Shown: positions 47,502 to 60,769 of the stretch, piece by piece
Numbering within the stretch: the stretch's first letter is position 1
How the letters are laid out: each line of letters starts with the position of its first letter
DNA from: Squalus acanthias
Lineage: Eukaryota
DNA length: 64,000 nt
Assembly (NCBI GenBank): GCA_030390025.1
Contig: CM059432.1
Span: forward strand, 86,616,001-86,680,000
Reading direction: 5' to 3'
Made by a program: the position numbers and the translations under genes
The notes under the pieces: model-generated
Databases searched by the model: none
What the model saw: only the letters and a program-made list of their open reading frames with translations
What the model was told of the DNA's origin: nothing

Positions 47502-48745
47502 AATGAATTTAGGATAATCACAAAAAAGAATTAAAGGGAAGGTGCAAACAATAATCTTTACACAGGAGGTTGGTTAGAGTGTGGAATTCTCTGCCACAAA
47601 TCATTATTGAAACAGACCCATAAATTCTTTTAAAGGAAAATTAGATAGTTACTTGAACAAAAGGAATATTAAAGGTATATGGGGAGCAAGCAGTACAGTG
47701 GGATTAGACTAGATAGCTCATATGGAGAAAACCACCAGCTCCGACTTGATGGGTCAATTTGCTTGTTTCTGTAATGTAACATTATACGATTCTATGAAAC
47801 ATGTTTTGTAGTTGCAGAAATAGCTGATAATAATGAACCTTTCCTACAGAAGGTTCACAAAATGGCTGTAAGGAATTGTTACAAACCCAGGATTTGCTGC
47901 AGATGCCTTCTCAGTGACATTAGTTGGTTGCAAAAGTAAGTGGATCACATGTCTGTTACATTCAAGAGTTGATTCACACCACCCATTATCTACTTATTAC
48001 TTATATGATAGCATAACTCCAGGGTTCCCTTGGCATACAAACTGGATACTGTAAACCTGCACGTGCCCCGCATGCCTTTCTCCAATCGTTGGGATAGGTA
48101 GAACTGATGAACAACAAGGTTAATGACAAATCAAGAAGCTGGTTTATCTTGCAGAATACATATGACTGAATAATAGCAGTAATTCCAGACCTTTTTAAAC
48201 TTCTAGAATGCTTCCCATAACAAGACAAAACAACAAAAACATATTACATTATCCCAAATAGTGGACAGAATATTCCGTTATAGTTATATTTTGCTTCAGG
48301 TCAGCTTCTAGCTGGGAAATTCGACCTGGTATATCTTAATTCTCAGTTCAAGCCAAGGCCTCCTTTGATGGCCTTTGTTAGACCTGACTGACTGCAACAT
48401 GGGTTTTTCCTCTCCTTTTTGTTAATTCTGACCCTGGGAAGCAGAATACTACTCCTGCTGAACTCAAATAAAGCAAATTAGCTCAACTGGAATGGGTGTG
48501 AATGATCACTGAAATGCCCAAACTTTATTTGGAGCAGGCTGGTTCAGACACCCTATCTGAATCATAATCTATGTCCCCAGCTCTGCTATCCTGTGAATGA
48601 AACATCTGGAGAGCTAAGTTTATTTCAACAGTAGCATTTTTAAGATAATATTAACTCAAGGTCCTCCCATGGAGGCATAGTTAAAAATCCTGAAATGTGA
48701 CAGGAACATATTCCAATTTAAAGTTTACAATCATGTTCCAATATA

Positions 48746-49077
48746 CAGGAAACTTTCGTTTATCCGGCACCGACGGGACCGGCGTGGTGCCGGTTGATCG
48801 AAAGTGCCGGATTACAGAGAGGTATACTTACCAAGGTACGAGAGCCCCGTACACGGCCACAGGCTGAACAATTGGGACCCGGAGAGGGAAGGTAAACGGG
48901 ACTCCGGCTTTTTCCTCCGTGGCGGCGACAGGTCGGAGTCGGAAGAACGTTGACCCCCCTTTCGTGGGGGCGAAAGGTCAGAATCGGGGTCTTGTCTGTA
49001 TAATAAAACTTACCTGATTTTTGCCGGTTAAGCGAGAATTCCGGATATTAGGGTGCCGGATAAACGAAAGTTTCCTG
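48746..49077. mobile_element. 332-bp Tigger-derived MITE
   Basis: TA TSDs; perfect 26-bp TIR CAGGAAACTTTCGTTTATCCGGCACC; subterminal regions match both ends of the Tigger at 58348-60769. Confidence 0.93.
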
Positions 49078-51544
49078 TAGTATGTTAAAATTACATACAT
49101 TTTTTTCCCTAAACAGTTCCCTTTCCATCCCCAAATTTTGTATTTAGATTTTGGTTTTGGGGGCGACTGGGAGATGGGGGTGGTCGGAAGGGGGGCAATC
49201 AGGAGAGGCAGGCGGTGTTCGGAGGGGGGGTGGGGGTGAGCGCTGGCCGGCAGCAGTTCATGCATTTAATATGGAGTCGGGAGCAGCACTCCTCACCTCC
49301 TGGCATGACTGGTTGCCTCTTTGATGGAGGTCTGCAGTGGTCCCGTTAAAGACCGCTGGTTAGGCCACATGTAGACTTGAGTTACTTGAACGCAGCCGGC
49401 GTGGAATGCGCATACCGCCCGCCATATTGGAAGCTTTGGTGCCCATTTTACGTCTGTAAAACGGGCGCGGAGTCATTGAATTTCTAAACCTAGGATTCAT
49501 TTTTTGAGGCATTTAGGCGAATGAAAATGTCATTATGTATTAACAGCTGAAGAAAATATTTTGAGCGAAAAATGTACTGTTATCATTATTCACAGAATTC
49601 CCCCAAGCTATGAAGAGCTAAAAAGCTAATAATGGAAAAACTGTAACAAAAAAAATCTCACAAGGGCTTGTTACTACCTCTACTGGTTTTGTTCAAAGGA
49701 AATTTTGTGCAAGTTGTAATTTTCTCAGGGCACAAAATTTAATTTTCCTTTCAGAACATCTAGTGAGACCTGGCATTAATGCAACAAAGGAAGCGCAAGC
49801 TGTGGCAGTTTAATCACAGCAGTTGTGTTATAACAGTCAGTCATCGCTGTTTCTTGCCAACCACCCCCAGTACCAAGCCTGTTGTCAACAGAGATACTGT
49901 CCATGAGCTCAACCATCCATGACAGCCTTTAATGTTACCCCCATGTCAGTCACATGCTGGAATGAATGAAGTTACAGATTACTGGTTATCTATTTTGTTT
50001 CTCTATATGAGTCATTAATTGATTCCTTTTATTCATATCTTCTGAAACTAACACATCTCCCATTTATAGCCATTTAGTTCATTTAAGAACAACTGACTTT
50101 TGAGCTGTAAACTCAACAAGTTACACACAGTTAGTATGGAGAGTCAGAACAGAATCCAGAGAAGGATGGGAACCAACAGGAACAGCTTTCCAATTTTGAT
50201 ACCGAAGATAAACATAAAGCATTTCCCGGTACGTTATCTAATAAAACTCCCTTACACTTCCAGCATATGCCTCTGCCTTAACCCAAACCATGAAAGGTAA
50301 CCCTTCTGCACCAGTGCAATATTTTCTAGATTCTTAAAGTAGTCTCTTTGCTCTTATGCTTTTTCCTCAATGACATTGCCAATTTAGTAGTTAATTATAA
50401 TCTGCTTTACACTGTGAAGCTGCACCTGTTAGAAATTGCCAAGATTCATTTATCCTAGAATCGTTAAAGCTAGAAGAGAGGAGAAGCTTCTCTCATTCTG
50501 TTTGAACTCAAGTCTCAGAGACAAAAAGACAGCACTCTGACCCAATGCACCACCCAGTTTTCCTATTCCAATACATCAGGATACTTTTAAAAACAATTAT
50601 TGCAAGATCAAAAGTTCAAATATTAATATCCCTATCCACAAGCCATTACATTTTTCCAGGAAAATGAAAACATACATGATATTATGTCAAAAATGTAATA
50701 AGAGTAGAGCAAAAAGAGTACTAATAGATGCACTGATCTTGATTCCATGATGCACGAACTGCTACGCATTACTTTGATTAAAAATCTCTTGAGTGCTCAA
50801 AATGGTTTTAATAACTTTTTATTACTTTAATAACGTGCATATCTTTATATGCCCATCTGCAGCACACAAGTACTGTTGTCAAAATCTGCATGGTTTCCTG
50901 GATCTTGCAATGTTTTCTAAGTAATATCACAAATCATCAGTTTTGCTCCCCACTCACATTCACTTTTAAGCTTGGAAAGTAGTCAAAGATCAAATCTCAA
51001 CTGAGCCTTCTAATTATGTCCATGGAACCCAATGAACCCCTAAAAACTACTTAAAATGACAAAAAGTTATTGCAATCAGCTTAATTCATGATAAATTTTC
51101 ATTAACATGTATATCTAGCTCTAATCTCCAGCTCTTTTTCTGGCACACACCATGACTTATAGAAAATTTATCAATAGACACTAAGCATTTCAGAGATTTC
51201 ACTTTAGCCAAGAATTAGAGCAATTGTACGGGGTACTAGCGGACAAGAAATTTCAAATAGCCTATGTATCTTTCAGCAAGTAATAGATAACACCACCTTT
51301 GAACTTTTGCATCCAAAGAACAAATTTCCAGGTGATAACAATATATGGACGAGAGTTCCACAAGTAGGGAATGCAACATTTGTACTGATGTTTCAGTTAT
51401 ACTTTACAGAACCAACACCCACAATTTGGACTCTTGAAATTTGAAAAAGTGGACTCTTTGGAGTAGAGACCATGCTCATCAAATCTATTTTGGACTGTAC
51501 TGCATCCAGAAAAAGGTTTCACAGCAACCTGCATGGTTACAATA

Positions 51545-52001
51545 TGGGCTCAGTGGTAAGTACTCTTGCCTGAATCAGAAGGTTGTGGGTTTAAGTCCCG
51601 CTCCAGAGACTTGAACACAAAATCTAGGTTGACACTGCAGTACAGTACTGAGGGAGTGCTGCACTGTCGGAGGTGCTGTCTTTCAGATGAGGCGTTAAAC
51701 CGAGGCCCCGTCTGCCCTCTCAGGTGGACGCAATAGATCCCATCATGGCACTATTTTGAAGAGGAGCAGGGGAGTTCGCCCCGGTGTCCTGGCCAATATT
51801 TACTAAGCAACCAACATCACTAAAAAAAAATCTAGTCATTATCACATTGTTGTTTGTGGGGCCTTGCTCTGCGCAAATTGGCTGCCACGTTTCCTACATT
51901 ACAACAGTGACTACACTTCAAAGGTATTTCATTCAAAGGTATTCAAAGCACTTTGAAACGTCCTAAGGCTGTGAAAGGCGCTATATAAAGACTTTCTTTT
52001 T
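51545..52001 (+). mobile_element. Full-length DeuSINE (SacSINE1-like)
   Basis: Head ggctcagtggtaagtac...gtttaagtccc; Deu core gggagtgctgcactgtcggaggtgctgtctttcagatgaggcgttaaaccgagg; tail ggcgctatataaagactttc. Confidence 0.87.
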
Positions 52002-52129
52002 GTAATCTCGACAAGTATTAAGATTTGTAGGAAACTGATACGACTGACAATGACAAGTTGCCTGTGTTCCACGTGTCTACTGGTATTTTCAGCCAGCCGT
52101 GGTTCTTGTTTGCCACAATAAATGAAGTT

Positions 52130-54440
52130 GAATATCTGGATAGGAATTTCTTTGGTAGTCCCAATAGCACTGCACAATTTAGATCAGGAAGTTAACTTCA
52201 TCAATTTCCCTGTGGAAAGAAGTCATGAGCTCAACTGGGCATATAGCTTTTACCAAGTGGCAGGGTTCCCAAGGGTGCAAAGTACCATAGATCGCCATTC
52301 AGGCTCCTCCTATCAACCACATAGCCTACATAAACATAGAGCTTTCATTCCATCAACATGCAGATCGTGTCGTACATTATTCTGCAAGTCAATGCCTGAT
52401 ATCCAGGACCAACAAAGCCTTCATATGCAGCAATCCACCATGTCCATGTCTACTTTATTTGAAGGAACAAGGAAAGACAGGTAGAATTGCATCTGGGGCA
52501 TTATGTACACTCCCACCCTTACCCTAAAGACTTGCAACTACAGACCCAGACAATTGTACCTGGGCATCTCAGAAGACACTTGTCTTCGCTGCCTCTGTAT
52601 GAGAAGTAAAGTTGTTGCAGAGCTTTGCCATTTCCTCCATGCCAAGCTGGAGAGAATTTCCATTACAGGACAAGTCTTCCTGTAGCTCTGAAGATCACCA
52701 CTCCAATGTCCAATTAGCTTTAATGCCACCAGATCTTTCCATGCTACTGCTGAGGACATATGCTAAATCAGCCAGTCTGCTGTTGACATATGAATCATTC
52801 AAACGGCAGATACCATTTCTGCAAGAGATAACACCTCCATCAATTTCCCTGTGGAAAGGAGACGCAAGCTCTTCCGGGCAAAATGTTTTTTACAAAGTGG
52901 CAGGGTTCCCAAGAGTGCAAGGTGTCACAGATGGTACCCATATGGTCATCCTTTGAGGGGGCTGGCTAGATTAGACTGATGCATAATCAGACTGCAACAT
53001 CTGCTCCTCCTCCTACAATGCCCCAGCTGCCACGCACTGCTGCAGCATAACCTGTGTGAGAACAGACCATAGGGCACCGCTCATAGTTATGAAGCCCACC
53101 CTCAAGGTTTGTGCAAATCAATCCCCCAGTAAGTCCAATCTGGCACCAAGGCACTCTAAATTGGAGTCTAAGGTCTCAATAGCCTTGTCTAAGATTGATC
53201 CCTTTGACCATGGGAGCTCGCCCACAGATGGCCATTCAGTTACCATACACTCCAAAGTGCACTGTAGTTGTACAAGTCCATTACATCTAGCTGCAAAGAT
53301 GTTGTATATGCACTGCTGCACATTATCTGACAACCTTGGAGAGTAATCAGCATAGTCTCAAAGAGCATCGTAAGGGCCTTTTGCTCATCCATCGACTACC
53401 TTCTGAAGGTAGGCCCAGTTGGGGGTGCCAAACCCTAGCCCAAGCAACTAGGGAACAGCTGGTATTGGCAATATAGCCACCTACACTTGTTCCTCCTTAC
53501 TTGTGATTATTGCTTCACTTAGTGCTCCATCCTGAAACTCTATCTAAAGGCTTCAAGGCCCTTGTATCAGTGTTGCTACTTGCACCAGGTGAAGAGTGAC
53601 AAGAAATGTGAACTGCACTGTTCCTGGATACCACTTGGCCTGTGCTCTCATTGTGGAATAGCTTATAGGAAGAGAAGAGGAAGAAGTGTTATAATGGTGT
53701 CAAGACAGAATGCCTTATAACAAAGGTATGATGCCAAGATATTGCATCCTATGCTACTGATGTGTAATGTATGCCTCCAAGTTATTAGCGGTAATAATGA
53801 GACTAATAAAAAAAGGATACAGTGCAGTGGAACCATGCTGTTAAACACTCCCTACCCTACTCCTTTCACAGACATGGAGCCAAAGATTTCCATTGTGCTC
53901 CCCTCGAACCTGGTGAGCTATTTCAAGTTGTGAAGTTCCCCTCAGTGGGTTCCCTTCTAATGGTAATATGTTGTTTTCTCCTGAAAGCACAACACATGCA
54001 AATTTTGTAATATGGAAGAAAACCAGTCATATGGCCAGCCTACATCATTCCTCGTGTGTCATTTTTTTCTTGGTATGAGGGCTACCCTGTTAAAGTCGCA
54101 TTTGTTGCCCATCCCTAGCTATCCTGAGGTGGTGGTAATGCTCCCACAATGAAGTTAGGTGGAGAAATCCAGGATATTGACCCAGCAACAATGAAGGGAC
54201 GGCAATATATGCCCAAGTCAAGATGGCGTGTGATTTGATGGAAACTTGAAGGTAATGGTATTCCTGTGACATTGCTGTTTAGCCATAAGAAAAAAATCCT
54301 CTCCTCTTTAAGGTGAGCAATAGCCCTTTAAGAGCTGTTTTCTTATCGTATCCCGTACTGGTCCACAAGCTCCCCACACTGTCCACATGGAAAAAAACCT
54401 ATTAAAATTAGTAAGAGAGCCTGAACTCAAAATCCAGCAT
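52130..54440. mobile_element. Heavily degraded Harbinger remnants (HARBI1-like pieces on +, duplicated), with a family A LINE tail at ~54065-54275 (-)
   Basis: FYQVAGFPRVQSTID (~52250) and FYKVAGFPRVQGVTDGTHM (~52890) match the Harbinger transposase GFPxVxGAIDGTH motif; an aaaatccagc end lies near 54430. Confidence 0.65.
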
Positions 54441-54900
54441 GGGCAGGCCCCCTGTGCTCTCAAACCAAACCCAGCTGCACTGTTAGTGGTCCCTATCCAT
54501 AGTTTGCTGGAACCAGAAAAATCATGGTTACTGTCTTCAAAGAATTGGGGTGGGGGGGTGGAATTGAAGGTGTAGAGAAGATTTAGGCTTAGAAATTAGT
54601 TAGCCCCCGTAAGGCGCGGGATCGCGATGCGCAATCAACTGGCACCCGTTGGGAGTAATGCAGGCAGCACGCGAACTTCATGCTGCCTCCTCATTTCCAT
54701 GATTGCGGCATTCAGCCCTGCACTGAACGCGCTGCTGAGTGGCTGAATGTTCAGCAGGGGTCCGAGTTCGTGCAAGGCTAGCAGCACTTAAAGCTAGCCT
54801 GCACTACTTAAAGACAGTCTGCACCTCTTAAAGGGGAGGTGAATTCTGCCTGCAGCAGATCATTGAACTGGCTGGGGAAGACAGTGAACAACAATTAATG

Positions 54901-56435
54901 ATGGCACAACAGAGGAGAGAGCGTGCGCCAAGGTTCTCGGATGCAGCACTGGGAGGCCTCGGTGCAGGAGGTGGATAGGAGGAGAGAGGTGCTGTTTCCA
55001 CAGGGGGCCAGGAGGCCCTCCAGGCAAAAGTGTAAAGTGCAATGGGAGCAGATAGCCGCTGTGGTGAATGCCAACAGTGTAGCCCTGAGGACATGGACGC
55101 AGTGCAGGAAAAAGTTTAATGACCTCACCCCCATGGAGAGACGGTGTTGGCCATTCTTGGGAGGGGCATCGCTTTGCCCGTGGCCAGCGGCAGGGCTGAA
55201 AACATACAAGATGCCAGTATCCTCATACGGAATCCTCCTTCTCACATCCCACTTCCCCCTCGTCCCACAATCTCTTCTGATTTACAAGCTGCGCATGGTG
55301 TAACCACGCACCTCTTGCTTCCCCCCACCACCCCCTCACCAGAACCCTACCCTTGTGCCTTGCTCATTTCAGAGACCACAGAAATCCAACCTGCTCAGCC
55401 AGTGGTGCAAGAAGAGGGAGAGGAGAGTGAGGAAGAGATATCATCACTCGATCCGACAGTTGCAGTCACCAGGTCAGATACTGGCACTGCGCGGACGTTA
55501 GAGGGTAGCTTACAGGCAGGATCTGCACGTGGTGAGTCACCGGGCACGAGTGGGCTATAGCTAGGGCAGGGGGAAAAGGGTTGCGCAGGTGCCATCTCCC
55601 CGGAGGGCAAAGTCGTACACGAGTTCTGCTGCAGAGGACTTTGGTGGGGCGGCCTACTGAAGAACGCTGATTGGCATGCACAAAGAAATGCTTGGTACAT
55701 TGGCAGGCCTGCCAGAAAGCCTGCGTGCAATGTCAAGGAGCATGGAGGAGTCCGGCACCAACTTTGCACAGGGCTTTGCGCAGAGCTTGGAGCCCATGAT
55801 TTCCAGCATGGAAGGGTTGGGCAGATCCTTTAGCGCACTTGTGGACCCAACCATGATGCAGCGTCTGATGGACGATATCTCAGCTTCCATTGAAGCACAA
55901 GCAGAAGCCAGTGTCTGGGTGCTGCGGCACTGGAATTTCAGACTTCTGTCATGCAGGCTGAGCTTGCTGCCACACAAGCACAGACTGCTGCCATCGTAGC
56001 TACGTTTACCAGTGTCGAAAGGGGCTTGCAGGGTGTCACAGCTGTCCAGCAATCTGTCCTCCAACAGATTACTAGGATTGCTGAAGTGCCGCCCCGGGGG
56101 AGTGGCAGTGGCTCCGTGGAGGATGAACCTGCTGTCCTCTCTCAGGATGACAACATTCGTCCTGCCCCACTGCCACTCCATCTGTGCCCTTGGCGTTGCA
56201 TTTCAGCCAGCCAGCCCCAACTGCTGCCGCCCATGCCGAGGTGGTGCAGTCTGCAGCCGGGTCTACTAGGCCCAGAGCTGCTCGAAGTCATCCTGCAATG
56301 CCATCTGCAGTCTCTCCCACTGAAAGTCAGCAGCCTTCCACCAGCTATGCTGCAGCCCCTGGGGTAGCACTTCATAGGAGCACTAGGACAGGCACATGCA
56401 AGACAGGCACTAAGGGAATGCACCAGGGTGGTTAG
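54901..56435 (+). pseudogene. Harbinger Myb/SANT-like gene, frameshifted, with deletion across intron 1
   Basis: MAQQRRERAPRFSDAAL...WEQIAAVVNA...RTWTQCRKKFNDL is a Myb/SANT trihelix. The downstream part is collinear with the 45-47 kb copy. Confidence 0.85.
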
Positions 56436-56604
56436 TTGATTTTGTTATGTAATATTGGATGCATTGATGTTTAAAGTTGGATTGGAATGTTCCTTTTGTG
56501 GTGGCTTTTATTTTAGCATTGTGGCCAAGAGGACACTGTGATGGTCAGTAACAGAGGGAAGGGAAGGTGTGGGACTATTGTTGAAAGAGGAATTGGGGTT
56601 GTGT

Positions 56605-57654
56605 TCACTGGTACCGCAGTCGGATGAGTCGATCACGGACAGCCCGGGCAGAAAGGGGCTGTCTGGGTTGCCTCCTCCCTTCAGCTTCCTCCTGCTCCTC
56701 CTCCTCAGCTGGTCGTTGTATGCCTGGTGGCAAGGGCTGTGCCCTCACAACCACGACGAATCTTGAGACACGTTCTGGTGAGTACTGCAGGGTTCCTCCA
56801 GAGCGGTCCAGGCAGCGGAAGCTTTGTTTAAGGATGCCAATGTTCTGCTCTATCGGATTCCTTTTAGCAGCATGACTCTCACTGTATGCATGCTGCCCAC
56901 ATGTAGTTTGGTTGTGGAGTGAAGTCATGAGCCAGGAGGTCAGCGGATAGCCCTTGCGGCCCAGTAGCCACCCTGTGGTTTGTCTTGGTGGCTCAAACAC
57001 TGAGGGAACAGCAAACTGGCGTAGAATTGAAGCATCATGACTGCTGTCAGGATACTAGGCATTCACCATCATGATGTACTGAGCATGGTCACACACCAAC
57101 TGCACATACAGCAAGTGATAACCTTTGCGGTTGCGGTACAACTCAGCATTTAGATGTGGCACCTGCAAAGTCACGTGCGTGCAGTCCATGGTGCCCTGCA
57201 CCATGGGGAAGCCCGCTATCCTGGCAAAGCCACGTGCATGCTCTGCCTGCTTCTCTCTGGTCAGAGAGAAGACAATGAAGTCCCCTCTCCTGCCATCAAG
57301 AGCGTCTGTCACCTTTCTTATTCAGCAGTGGATGGCGAACTGGGAGATGTTACTGATGTCGCCTCCTCCAGCCTGGAAAATCCCGATCTGTAGCAATGCA
57401 CTGCCACGGTCTGTGATCACCTCCTTCGTAGAGCACAGACGCGCCACACACTGCTCCTGGCTTAGGCTGAGGTAAGAGAATTGCTCTTGGAAGACCCTAG
57501 GTGGGTAAGGCCTCCTGTTGAGAGCCCTTCTCCCCCTCCTCCTCCTCCTCCCTTTGCGAGCAGCTTGTCCTCTTCTTTGCTGCCACTTCTCCATCGCCCT
57601 GTCATGCTGCAGGCCAAGGGGGATGACAACTAGAGCACCCATGACTGGGAGCAA
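56605..57654 (-). pseudogene. Harbinger (HARBI1-like) DDE transposase, disrupted
   Basis: IAGFPMVQGTMDCTHV, YRNRKGYH...VQLVCD, HDAS, GWLLGRKGYPL and HAAKRNPIEQNIGILKQSFRCLD; multiple stops and deletions. Confidence 0.88.
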
Positions 57655-58347
57655 GTGGTCTGACCAGAACTATTGAATTCAGAAGCAAGGCCTTCTCCAA
57701 TTGCAGCACCACTCTCTCTCAACCTCACAAACTTTAAACAACTCGAGAAAGCTCCAAACACTTCCACAAATTGACACAGAGCCAGTAGAAAGTAATCAGC
57801 AACTAACCTTGGAGCGGTTGCTGATCCCTTTAAATATCGCTGGTAGGGGATCCTTGCTGCTGCTGAACGCATGTTCAGCTGTGTGACCTTAGCTCCAGCG
57901 TTGAGGACGAAAATGGCAGCGCTGACATCAAATCAGCGTTGCACGCAGATTGACGTCACGATCTGCCTACTCTACATACTTCTGGCGCATAGTCCCAGCT
58001 CTGGTGCGGCATGTACCAGTAGTATGCGCATGGCGCAGACGTCATTTTCGTCACAAAACAGCATCCGCAACACCGAAAAATCGGGCACTATGGAGCCAAA
58101 TTTTTCACCTTAAGATTTTTGATTCAGCTATTGTGGTGAAAGAGAAATGAAAGGCAGGTTCATTGAGTGTGTGCAATGTGAAGAACACTGATGGTTGTAG
58201 GAAAAAACCTGTGCAAGAGAGTAATAGAGCTATTTTATCTCACAATAATCAAAATCAAAAGTATCTAAAAATGTAAACATTTTTTACAAAGATAAGCCAT
58301 CACAATTGAAACACATTTTTTTTAAACTTGCAAAAGTACCACAAATA

Positions 58348-60769
58348 CAGGAAACTCTTTGGTATCCAGCACCGACGGGACCGGGGTGGTGCCGGTTGAA
58401 TAAAAATTCTGGATGATGGAGAGGGTTATCTACCGAGGCTATTTTTAACAAACAAAAATAAAAAAATCAAGAAATGTGCAGTATACAGTAATTGGGTACT
58501 CACCTACAGAATGTTGTGTTAAATGGATGGTGGAAGATGCTTGATTAAGTACAGTACTGCCAGTTGAGGGTAATCCATAACTCTTTAATTACTTAACAGT
58601 AAAACAAAACTTATAAACGACTATATACAGTACTGTAGTTGACTGTACACTTATTCCAAGTCAACTGGTTCATCAGGAATATCCATGCCAGCTGGGTCAT
58701 CAGGATCATGCACTTCCACAGATTCTACAGATTCTTCAGGCACTTCCACTGCTTCGACTCTTTTGGAAGCTTTCTTAAACATGTTGCGGATGTCGGCTTG
58801 CTTAGTGGACTCTTGCCTTTTCTGTAGAAACGTGGAATGCAGAATATGGAGTTGCATAACTTCTTGGGCAGAGTAGCAATTCTGCCTTTCAGCAAATTGG
58901 AGGATTGAAGAAAATCCTTCTGCAGCTTTAGCCCAAGAAATCTTGTTCTCTTCAGAAATCTCATCCTCTTCACTTTCCATCTCACTTTCCTTTTCTTTCT
59001 TTGGATTCAAAACACTCTCAATTATTTCATCATCACTTAGCATATGCACAACAGCAACTTCTCTATCTGCATCAACCCACTGCTCGATATCACTTTCACT
59101 GAGGTGACGTAGAGGGTTTGCTGCGCCTGCATTTTTCACCATGCCAGCCATTTCCATTATTGTACTCTTCTTGGGACAAACATTGAACCCATGAAATTCC
59201 TCCTCTAAAGAAGAACCTTCAGCAAACATTGCAGAAGGCCATAATTTGCACCAGGCTTGCCTCAGAGTGTGACGTTTCACCAAGTTCCAGGAACATGCAA
59301 CATTATAGATGGCATCTTTAATATTTATTCCTTCTGAAATGCGTGAATATTGTCATCTTGGTTTATCAGTTTACGTAGGAAGTCTTTCTTGTAATGACAC
59401 TTCAGATTTTGGATAACGCCCTGGTCCATGGGTTGTATGAGAGAAGTTACATTTGGTGGCAAATAAATGGTGAAAATATTTCCCGAAACCAACTCGGATT
59501 CATGCGGATGGGCTCTACAATTATCAAGCAATAAAATGCATTTGCTATCTTCAGGTTTCCCTATTTTACGGAAATGTTCCCTCACAGATGGAAGAAAAAT
59601 ATGATGGAACCAATAGGAGAAGATTTCCTTATCCATCCAAGCATTTTTTTGATCTTTGTACTCAACAGGTAAGTGCCTCACATTTTTAAATGCACGGGGA
59701 TTTTTATACTTCCCAATAACAAGAAGTTTAACCCGGTGTGATCCAGCAGCGTCCGCACATGTTAGCACGGTTACACAATCTTTATTTTTCTTGTAACCTG
59801 AAGCATTAGCCTCACTAGCCCCAGCAAGCGTTGATTCTGGCAAAAACCTCCAAAACAAGCCAGTTTCATCGGCATTATATATCTGTGCTAGCGACAAATC
59901 ATGTTGCTGCACAATCCGATTGAAATAATCGCAGTATTCTTCTGCGGCGTCGTGATCAGCTGATTTCTTCTCCCCGGAAATATCGAGTCGTCGTATCCCG
60001 TGCCGTAACTTGAAGCACGTTAGCCATCCCTCGGAGAAAGCACACTTGTCAGTGAGCTCCATCCTTTCGTAGAAATCCTTCGCTTTCTCGATTAGCATGG
60101 GTCCGGAAAGTGGAACACCCTCTGAACGCTTAAGAGAAAACCACTCATAAAGCACGGTATCCAGCTCTTCAAGCTTAGGCTTACGAAGCGTACGCCGTTT
60201 CTCTACACTCTTAGATGTCTCCGAGCTTGAATAAAACTTGAGCAGCTTATCCTTCTGCGATTTGATGTCGTAGATTGTTGACGAACTGATTTTGAATTCA
60301 TTCATAATGTTGATACGCTTCTCTCCCCTTTCTAGTCGTTGGCATATCTCGATTTTCTGTTTTAAAGTTAACACCACTCTCTTCCTTTTGCTTGGAGCAG
60401 CTTTTGGGAATTCCATAATGCAAGATGGGGGAGATAATTCCCGATAAAGATGGAGAGACACAGAAAAATGGTGGCTCGGAAGAGACTACCAGCAGCGCGG
60501 AGACACACAGTAAAATGGCGGATCAGAAGAGACTACCGGCAACGCGGGAGAATCAGACTCCTGTTATTGCGGTGTTCGGACTTCCCACAGCGCCGGGAAG
60601 CCGAGTAGTGGCACTTTGGAGAACTACCCCCACTGACTAACTCGGCGTTTGCGGGAGACTCGGACTCGGCAACATTGCCGGTTATTGGGGAGGAGTTTTC
60701 AGAATATGAATTTTGCCGGTTAATAGAGAATTCCGGATATTTAGGTGCCATTTAAACGAGAGTTTCCTG
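58348..60769 (-). mobile_element. Full-length Tigger/pogo DNA transposon (2422 bp)
   Basis: TA TSDs (58346-58347 and 60770-60771); TIRs caggaaactc...gcac on both ends; internal transposase gene. Confidence 0.95.
58651..60416 (-). pseudogene. Tigger/Jerky-like transposase (HTH_psq, CENP-B HTH, DDE_1 with DD32D), ~588 aa, single 1-bp deletion near 59325
   Basis: [50 protein letters not shown] and QPMDQGVI. The two ORFs join if GAA TA- AAT ATT AAA GAT is repaired by one base. Confidence 0.93.

Larger units (their letters stand above)
43620..47796 (+). mobile_element. Degraded CR1 fragments (~43620-44705 and ~47502-47796) flanking the Harbinger copy
   Basis: Remnant RT motifs (gactggagggtggcaaatgt, gtggtgttccacagggg), CR1 3' UTR and a ttctatg tail at ~47790. 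Confidence 0.7.
54586..58110 (+). mobile_element. Apparently full-span PIF/Harbinger transposon (3.5 kb) with convergent Myb/SANT and transposase genes, both inactivated
   Basis: Imperfect TIRs ggcttagaaattag and (reverse complement) aggtgaaaaatttgg; TWA-type flanks (tta at 54583-54585; tta/taa at 58110-58113); canonical two-gene layout. Confidence 0.88.

Noticed and set aside
48001..48103. Possible additional or poison stau2 exon (acceptor ccttgttgttcatcag on the minus strand)
   Set aside because: No frame resembles the expected upstream Stau2 exon (TPTVELNGLAMKRGEPAIY...), and the donors are weak. It cannot be supported without RNA-seq or conservation data.
51545..51610. tRNA genes (also at ~23730-23797 and ~62737-62810)
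   Set aside because: These are tRNA-derived SINE heads continuous with SINE bodies and tails; no complete cloverleaf is evident.
58651..60461. Domesticated host gene (JRK/JRKL/TIGD)
   Set aside because: It is flanked by TIRs and TA TSDs, frameshifted, and has a cognate MITE nearby, so it behaves as a transposon copy.
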